From NCBI GenBank assembly GCA_030831705.1, contig JAURKO010000147.1, forward strand, positions 1-42,290: a DNA stretch of 42,290 nt, in the 5' to 3' direction. A program made the translations under genes and the position numbers. The notes under the pieces were generated by a model. The model made no database searches, had not been told where the DNA came from, and was given only the letters and a program-made list of their open reading frames with translations. Of the stretch, positions 36,386 through 42,290 are shown in pieces (the first letter of the stretch is position 1; each line of letters begins with the position of its first letter). Source of the stretch: Daejeonella sp. (GTDB lineage: Bacteria; Bacteroidota; Bacteroidia; Sphingobacteriales; Sphingobacteriaceae).

Positions 36386-37012
36386 TCATAAACTCAACTT
36401 CAGTTTTAATCCCACAGCAGGGGGAAAAGCTGAAGCATATACTGGTACCTGACCTATAGCAGGTTGAATCCGTAATGACAACTCATCCGAAATATCAAAC
36501 CTGAAAAACTTAGCATCTACATAAGCATCAATGATAGTGACTGCATAAAATCCTAAGCCTGCCAAGACAGAAAGATCGCGGTCACGCCTATATGAATCCT
36601 TTATTTGAATAATTCCTTCATTAGTATAGGCTGAATATAGAGGATTTTGGGTTTTTTGCGGGTTAAGTTCACGAAACTGAGCCTCTTTCAGAAAAACCTG
36701 ATAGTTTCTGTTATTAAACTCAAAAACCAGTCCGATTCCTATAAAACCACCATAAACGAGAGGGACTTTCCACCAGCGTTTGTTATAAATTTGTCCTAGT
36801 CCGGGTAACATCAGCGATCTCATCGCTGCCCTTCTCGGCATTGCTTCGATAGCGAGTCGTGCAGAATCTTTTACAACCGGCGCTTTTTTAACCTGCACCT
36901 TACTACTATCAGAATTTCCGGAAAGATTTCCGCTAACCTGAGAAAGCGCATCAACTTGCGTTAAAAAACACAGAAAGATCAAACCCAATAGGATTTTCAA
37001 TTTCATTACCAA
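36386..37012 (-). CDS. DUF5683 domain protein
   Basis: SLMLPGLGQIYNKRWWKVPLVYGG and IIDAYVDA; usual position between parB and dapB. Confidence 0.85.
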   Translation of the reverse strand: MVMKLKILLGLIFLCFLTQVDALSQVSGNLSGNSDSSKVQVKKAPVVKDSARLAIEAMPRRAAMRSLMLPGLGQIYNKRWWKVPLVYGGFIGIGLVFEFNNRNYQVFLKEAQFRELNPQKTQNPLYSAYTNEGIIQIKDSYRRDRDLSVLAGLGFYAVTIIDAYVDAKFFRFDISDELSLRIQPAIGQVPVYASAFPPAVGLKLKLSL

Positions 37013-37902
37013 TCTAACATTTCCAGAATCCGATTCAGATCGTCATCAGACATGAAACCAATTTCTATAGAGCCTTTCCCATTCTCATTCAGCTTCAGTT
37101 TAACATTTGTACTAAACTTAGATGCCAAATCATCCTGAATCTTCATGTATTGAAAAGAAATTCCACTAGCCTTCGCAGGCTTTCTTCCTTTTCCAATAAT
37201 TTGCAATTGTCTAACTAATTCTTCTACTTTCCGAACCGAGAGTCCATGGTTTACTATTTCCTGAAACAGATATAACTGTTTATCAACATCTTCTACAGAT
37301 ACAAGTGCTCTAGCATGGCCCATAGAAATCTCTTTATCACGAATGGAAACCTGGATGACTGGCGGAAGCTTTAGTAGACGAAGGTAATTTGTGACAGTTG
37401 AACGATTTTTACTGACTCGCTCACCCAACTGTTCCTGCTTCAAATTACATTCATCGATCATTCGCTGAAAACTCAATGCAACTTCTATTGCATTTAAATT
37501 TTCGCGCTGTATATTTTCGATCAAAGCCATTTCCAACATCTGTTGGTCATTAGCTGTCCGGACATATGCCGGAATCTCAGTCAATCCTGCTAATTTAGCT
37601 GCCCTCAATCTACGTTCACCAGATATTAGCTGATAAGAATTCTGGCCAGACTGTCTGACGGTTATTGGTTGTATCAAGCCCTGTAATTTGATCGACTCTG
37701 CAAGTTCATGAAGTGCTTCAGAATCAAAATCAGTTCGGGGTTGAAATGGGTTTACCTGAACCTGACTAATCTTCACAGCACTTATGGAGCCCAATGAGAT
37801 AGATTCATTACTCAACTGTTGTCTGTTATTTTCCGGCAAATCAGAATCATCCAAAAGAGCTCTTAAACCCCTTCCTAATCCGGTTTTCTTTTGGTATATC
37901 AT
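37006..37902 (-). CDS. parB: Chromosome partition protein ParB
   Basis: GLGRGL, NPFQPR, ISGERRLRA, LIENIQRENL, HTH. Confidence 0.96.
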   Translation of the reverse strand: MIYQKKTGLGRGLRALLDDSDLPENNRQQLSNESISLGSISAVKISQVQVNPFQPRTDFDSEALHELAESIKLQGLIQPITVRQSGQNSYQLISGERRLRAAKLAGLTEIPAYVRTANDQQMLEMALIENIQRENLNAIEVALSFQRMIDECNLKQEQLGERVSKNRSTVTNYLRLLKLPPVIQVSIRDKEISMGHARALVSVEDVDKQLYLFQEIVNHGLSVRKVEELVRQLQIIGKGRKPAKASGISFQYMKIQDDLASKFSTNVKLKLNENGKGSIEIGFMSDDDLNRILEMLDW

Positions 37903-37903
37903 A

Positions 37904-38707
37904 TTATACTAAAGCTTGTTTTACAGCCTCCTCCTTTGAAACAAGTCCGTTTTTACGGATAATCTCTCTAGCTAAATTAAGGTAATTGATTGCTCCCTTA
38001 CAATTTGCATCATGCATTATCACCGATATCCCGTAACTTGGAGCCTCACTTAAACGTGTATTTCGCTGTATGATTGTATCAAAGACAAGATCTTGGAAAT
38101 GAGTCTTTACCTCCTCAACTACCTGATTTGAAAGTCGAAGCCTCACGTCATACATGGTCAGTAATATTCCTTCTATCTGAAGATTTGGATTTAATCGACT
38201 TTGAACTATTTTAATGGTGTTCAACAATTTACCTAATCCTTCTAGTGCAAAATATTCGCATTGAACAGGAATAATTACTGAATCGGCGGCAGTTAAGGCA
38301 TTAATAGTTATTAAACCAAGCGATGGAGAACAATCTATGATAATAAAATCATAATTATCCCGGATCTTATCCAAAACCGCCTTCATTTTATACTCCCTGT
38401 TGGTTAAATTGATCATCTCAATTTCAGCACCAACCAGATCAATGTGAGCGGGCAGAAGATCAAGATTCGGGGTCTCTGTATTTTGAATAGCTTCTAAAGG
38501 ATCTATTTCATTAATTATACATTCATATATGCTGGCTTTAATCGTTCGCGGATCAAACCCTATACCTGATGTTGAATTTGCCTGAGGATCAGCATCAACC
38601 AAAAGCGTACGGTACTCCAACACCGCTAAACTCGCTGCAAGATTTATTGCAGATGTAGTTTTTCCAACACCCCCCTTTTGATTTGCTAATGCGATAATTT
38701 TGCTCAT
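37904..38707 (-). CDS. parA: Chromosome partition ATPase ParA/Soj
   Basis: NQKGGVGKTT, DADPQAN, DCSPSLG, PVQCEYFALEG; start set at ATG 38707 (MSKIIA). Confidence 0.96.
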   Translation of the reverse strand: MSKIIALANQKGGVGKTTSAINLAASLAVLEYRTLLVDADPQANSTSGIGFDPRTIKASIYECIINEIDPLEAIQNTETPNLDLLPAHIDLVGAEIEMINLTNREYKMKAVLDKIRDNYDFIIIDCSPSLGLITINALTAADSVIIPVQCEYFALEGLGKLLNTIKIVQSRLNPNLQIEGILLTMYDVRLRLSNQVVEEVKTHFQDLVFDTIIQRNTRLSEAPSYGISVIMHDANCKGAINYLNLAREIIRKNGLVSKEEAVKQALV

Positions 38708-38870
38708 CTTAAAAAAATAATTACAAATAAGTGATACTAAAAAGACTAAATAATAAAATGGTGGCAATTGAAAACACTACTTTTGTACCATTAAATAAGA
38801 CTTTCCAATAAAATCTAAGATACAAACTTAAAACTATTTACACCGCGAGGCGATTTTCGTTTTGCACATC

Positions 38871-38879
38871 TTATCCACA
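38871..38879 (+). promoter_or_regulatory. Consensus DnaA box TTATCCACA
   Basis: Single perfect 9-mer in the parA divergent intergenic region. Confidence 0.35.
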
Positions 38880-38881
38880 AA

Positions 38882-39403
38882 ATGACAACAATTATTTCCG
38901 GAACAAATCGAGAAGGCAGTAACTCGCTGAAACTCGCGAAATATTACCATAGCCAATTGACAAACAAAGGGTTTGATTCAGAAATAATTTCACTTGCTGA
39001 TCTTCCTGGTGATCTGATTAGCTCAGATCTGTATGGAAAACGCAGCGAAGCCTTTCAAGGTATCCAGGAAAAAATATCTGCAAGCAGCAAATTCATATTC
39101 GTAATCCCAGAGTATAATGGCAGCTTCCCGGGAGTTTTGAAAACTTTTATTGATGCCTGTTCTTTTCCGGAAAGTTTTTTTGGGAAAAAGGCGGCCCTTG
39201 TCGGACTTTCAAGTGGTAAATATGGGAATATTCGAGGAATCGACCATTTCACAGGAATATGTCATTATATCAATATGCATGTCTTGCCCTTGAGAATTCA
39301 TATTCCGAACATTAACAAGGAATTTGACGAAAAAGGAAATCTATACCTGGAAGACACTATAAAGTTTACCGATCAGCAGATTGAAAGGTTTATTGAATTT
39401 TAA
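38882..39403 (+). CDS. NADPH-dependent FMN reductase
   Basis: ISGTNREGSNS and PEYNGSFPGVLKTFID. Confidence 0.9.
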   Translation: MTTIISGTNREGSNSLKLAKYYHSQLTNKGFDSEIISLADLPGDLISSDLYGKRSEAFQGIQEKISASSKFIFVIPEYNGSFPGVLKTFIDACSFPESFFGKKAALVGLSSGKYGNIRGIDHFTGICHYINMHVLPLRIHIPNINKEFDEKGNLYLEDTIKFTDQQIERFIEF

Positions 39404-39406
39404 ACT

Positions 39407-39463
39407 AACGCTGACAGGGTTTAAAACCCTGTCAGCGTTTTTTTTCAGAACCCTGTCAGCGTT
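39407..39463. terminator. Terminator between convergent genes, with duplicated right arm
   Basis: AACGCTGACAGGGTT pairs with AACCCTGTCAGCGTT, which is present twice (39425-39439, followed by a T-run, and 39449-39463). Confidence 0.8.
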
Positions 39464-40388
39464 AATTGTTAAACCTTATCCATCCCTCTCCCTCATAGCC
39501 AAAAAAGAACTGTTTCTGGTTAATTATTTCTGCCATAATCTCAATGCTGTCAGTAATGCGAGGCCCAGACCTGTTGAAATACTGATTACCATCTGTTATA
39601 TAGATTCTGTTTTGCTGAACTGCTCTCAACGCGCTCCATCCAGGTAATTCCAGCATGATTGATATCTCCTGAAGCGTTCTATCAACCGGAAACCCACATG
39701 GCATTAGTACAATGATATCTGGGTCCTCCTTCTGAATTTCCTCAAAGCTAACATAAGCAGAATGTGTTCCTTTTTCTGTTAAAACCGGAACACCCCCAGC
39801 AATTTCAATAATTTCAGGTGTCCAGTTTCCGGCAATCATCAGCGGTGAAAGCCATTCAATACAGGCAACTTTGGGTTTCTCGGTTATGAACTTTAGTTTA
39901 TGATGTATGATATTTATTCGTTCTTCAAATAATTCCAGTAAATAAGCTCCGGTTGTTGCTACACCTAGCTGATTCGCAAGTTTTTCGATATCACTATAAA
40001 TATCAGATAAGCCCTGAGGCTGAAGAGAAATAACCTGACAATCCTTTTCCAGCAAATTACTTAACGAAAGTTCCACATCTTTAAGACTCACAGCACAAAC
40101 TTCACATTGAGCCTGAGTAATTATAATATCGGGCGCAATACTTCTTAAAAGTTCTTTATCAATTGTATAAATGGAAAGTGACTCAGAAAGAATTTCTCTC
40201 ACCTGCCTATCTATTTCGGAGCTGCTACTCCCTGGTAAAAATTTTGCAGAGGAACAAACAGGCAAATTTTTAACGGTTGAAGGATAATCACATTCATGTG
40301 AGCGACCAACAAGTTGGTTTTCCAATCCTAATGCACAAATAATCTCTGTGGCTGCGGGTAATAGAGAAATAATTTTTCTTTCCTGCAT
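39462..40388 (-). CDS. BtuF-like (cobalamin/iron-siderophore class) substrate-binding protein without signal peptide
   Basis: IISLLPAATEIICALG, VGRSHECDYP, PDIIITQ, FNRSGPR. Confidence 0.85.
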   Translation of the reverse strand: MQERKIISLLPAATEIICALGLENQLVGRSHECDYPSTVKNLPVCSSAKFLPGSSSSEIDRQVREILSESLSIYTIDKELLRSIAPDIIITQAQCEVCAVSLKDVELSLSNLLEKDCQVISLQPQGLSDIYSDIEKLANQLGVATTGAYLLELFEERINIIHHKLKFITEKPKVACIEWLSPLMIAGNWTPEIIEIAGGVPVLTEKGTHSAYVSFEEIQKEDPDIIVLMPCGFPVDRTLQEISIMLELPGWSALRAVQQNRIYITDGNQYFNRSGPRITDSIEIMAEIINQKQFFFGYEGEGWIRFNN

Positions 40389-40532
40389 CTCTTTTCAATT
40401 TTGGCAAATGTACAATTATTAAAAAAAATGCCCTGGTCTTAAGTCCACATGGAAATGGCATCATTCTAAAATCTGAAAAATTCCAACAGAAGAAAGGTTA
40501 AATAAGAAGTTTATCAATTAACTTTAGCTGAG

Positions 40533-40704
40533 TTCGATAAAAAGAAGGTCAAAATAATACGGTTAAAATAGATCAGACTCTAGAGCAACAAAAATTTGTT
40601 TCATGAAAGCAATACCTGTGTGTTATAGGTCATTTCAGCCCTTTCCTCCGGAGTATTTCCGGCAAGAAATCACGTTCTATGTCAAACTTACGCATAGCCG
40701 GAAG
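40533..40704 (+). repeat. Copy 2, left arm of the dispersed element, up to the cassette insertion point (attI-like)
   Basis: Homologous to 9283-9432 and to the inverted copy at about 26977-27145. Confidence 0.88.
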
Positions 40705-41850
40705 TTAGTGGCAATTAAACCAAACGTCAAGTAAAAAGTCTAAACGAGATATATTAAAATAAAAATGAGACAAGTAATTTTACTTATGACAATTCTGATT
40801 ACACTTATTTCGTGTAACAAAGATGACAATTCAACAACAATTGCTGACAAACCAAGTGAGCAAAAAACAGTAAATCTAACAGTTGACGGAAACGCAAGAA
40901 ATTTTATAGTATATCTTCCAACAGGTTACAACAATGCAGGAAAAATGCCAATGATTTTTGCCATTCACGGAGGAAGTGGAACGCCTGAAGGAATGATAAA
41001 CATTGCTAATTTTAAAACTATTGCAGATAGAGACAAAGTTGTATTGGTTTATCCTGCAGGAATTCAAAATAATTGGAACGATGGAAGACCAACAACACCA
41101 AATCAATTGGGAATTAACGATGTTAATTTTTTCAACCAAATGTGTGATTATATGATTACAAATAATTCGGTTGATGTAACAAAAATCTATGCAACAGGAA
41201 TTTCTAATGGAGGTTTTATGTCTTCACGTTTGGGCTGTGAATTAAGTAATAGAATTGCCGCTATTGCGGTGGACGCTGCAACAATAGAAGCAAAAACGAT
41301 TGCCCCGAGTTGTAATCCAGGCAGACCAGTTCCTGCTATTTATATTCACGGAACAACCGACCCTCTTGTTCCTTTTACAGGCGGACAAATGACAGCGGGC
41401 GGAACAGCAGGCGGAACTATTTTATCACATTTTCAAGCCATAGACAAATGGGTAGGAATTAATGGTTGCAACACAATACCAACAATAACAGACTTGCCAG
41501 ACATTGCAAATGACGGAACAACAATTAAACAAAGAGTTTACTCAAGTGGAATTAACGGAAGTGAAGTAGTGAGTTACGTAGTTTTAAATGGCGGACATAC
41601 TTGGCCACAAGGTTATCAGTATTTGAATGAAGCCATTATTGGAAAGACAAGTCAAGATATGAACGCTTGTGAAGTAATTTGGACATTTTTTAGACGATTT
41701 AAACGACAATAAAAATTAACTGCCACTAATAGGGGTTTTGCAAAAAAGCGGGTTAGGTGCTAAATTAGAAAATTCGGAATTCTAATAAACAGTTGTGGTA
41801 AACCGAACATTTGTACTTCTAAATCCGCTTCTTCGCAGAGCCCCAAAACG
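40705..41850 (+). mobile_element. Integron-type gene cassette (single gene plus attC-like site), no integrase nearby
   Basis: Begins at G|TTAGTGGCAATTAA (40704-40718). Just after the stop codon TTAACTGCCACTAAT (41716-41730) is its 13/15 reverse complement. Ends at G|TTAGGC (41850-41856). Confidence 0.75.
40765..41712 (+). CDS. PHB-depolymerase-family (LpqP-like) alpha/beta-hydrolase lipoprotein
   Basis: Lipobox LISC, IHGGSG oxyanion loop, GISNGG nucleophile, HGTTDPLVP, GGHTWP. Confidence 0.88.
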   Translation: MRQVILLMTILITLISCNKDDNSTTIADKPSEQKTVNLTVDGNARNFIVYLPTGYNNAGKMPMIFAIHGGSGTPEGMINIANFKTIADRDKVVLVYPAGIQNNWNDGRPTTPNQLGINDVNFFNQMCDYMITNNSVDVTKIYATGISNGGFMSSRLGCELSNRIAAIAVDAATIEAKTIAPSCNPGRPVPAIYIHGTTDPLVPFTGGQMTAGGTAGGTILSHFQAIDKWVGINGCNTIPTITDLPDIANDGTTIKQRVYSSGINGSEVVSYVVLNGGHTWPQGYQYLNEAIIGKTSQDMNACEVIWTFFRRFKRQ

Positions 41851-41856
41851 TTAGGC
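41724..41856 (+). other. attC-like recombination site
   Basis: 133-nt imperfect palindrome: CACTAAT, then GGGGTTTTGCAAAAAAGCGGGTT pairing with AATCCGCTTCTTCGCAGAGCCCC, then GTTAGGC (GTTRRRY). Confidence 0.75.
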
Positions 41857-41857
41857 G

Positions 41858-42078
41858 TCCGGCAAGGTTTATTTTACCCTTGGTTTGTATTTCATTGGAA
41901 CCGACAGCCCGGCAAAAGGACCATTTGCTTTTGAAAAAAACCCGGGTGGCAGCTCTAGCTTTTTTGCAAATTAATATTTCATCTTATCTTGTGAATCTGT
42001 TGCAAAAAACTAGTGCAGAACACGGGAGTATCGTGACCGAAGAAACACAAGCCCTGCTTTCTAAATCAAGACAAAATC
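41858..42078 (+). repeat. Copy 2, right arm of the dispersed element
   Basis: Homologous to 9504-9721 (TCCGGCAAGGTTTATTTTACC...ACCCGGGTG...GCAGAACACGGG...GACCGAAGA...CTTTCTAAA). Confidence 0.88.
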
Positions 42079-42100
42079 AGTCTAAGTAATCAAAAATATA

Positions 42101-42290
42101 TTATTGAGGTCCGTTAGTTTGTTCTCCCTGTTTAAGATCATCATTTGTCACGCCCCGTTTTTTCTTTGGCGCCTGCATGGTTAACTTTCCAAAACGATAA
42201 CTAAAACTAGCCCCAAAAGAGCGAAATGGTATTGAGAAATTACTTCTTTGAACAAAATCTGCTCCTATAATACTCGAACGGAAATTTTTA
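42101..42290 (-). CDS. C-terminal fragment of an outer-membrane beta-barrel / TonB-dependent receptor (runs off the window)
   Basis: Open frame KNFRSSIIGADFVQRSNFSIPFRSFGASFSYRFGKLTMQAPKKKRGVTNDDLKQGEQTNGPQ-stop, a typical Bacteroidota barrel C-terminus. Confidence 0.7.
   Translation of the reverse strand, partial: KNFRSSIIGADFVQRSNFSIPFRSFGASFSYRFGKLTMQAPKKKRGVTNDDLKQGEQTNGPQ

Noticed and set aside
38871-38879. oriC near parAB
   Set aside because: Only one DnaA box, with no box cluster or evident unwinding element in the short intergenic region.
14535-41139. Numerous 60-117 aa ORFs nested in or antisense to long genes (e.g. 14535, 15884, 19146, 19510, 23064, 24433, 28620, 34015, 40876)
   Set aside because: They are shadow frames of well-supported genes and have no recognisable motifs.

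Overview
A Bacteroidota chromosome segment, probably Sphingobacteriaceae (Pedobacter/Daejeonella-like); this is inferred from gene content, TAnnTTTG promoters and the SusC/SusD pair. Housekeeping genes are lpxB, surE, acs, rpmB-rpmG-DUF4295(bL38), ftsY, rimO, bshC, parA-parB-DUF5683-dapB-lepB and tRNA-Ala(GGC). Accessory loci are a SusC/SusD/phosphoesterase locus, a proton-pumping rhodopsin-crtY-blh phototrophy locus, and an AT-rich island. The island has two XRE regulators, an unannotated 47-aa double-glycine precursor peptide, an outer-membrane barrel, a CarboxypepD_reg protein and a stand-alone membrane-anchored C39 peptidase with no ABC transporter. Three non-obvious observations stand out. 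(1) A non-coding element of about 400 bp occurs three times (9283-9721, 26928-27145 inverted and truncated, 40533-42078); its central site is empty in one copy, holds small palindromic repeats in another, and holds an integron-type cassette (esterase plus attC-like site) in the third, with no integrase in the window. (2) The GG-peptide/C39 system lacks a transporter. (3) The same short structured leader motif lies upstream of both the rhodopsin gene and the peptide gene. All calls come from reading the sequence; no database searches were run.
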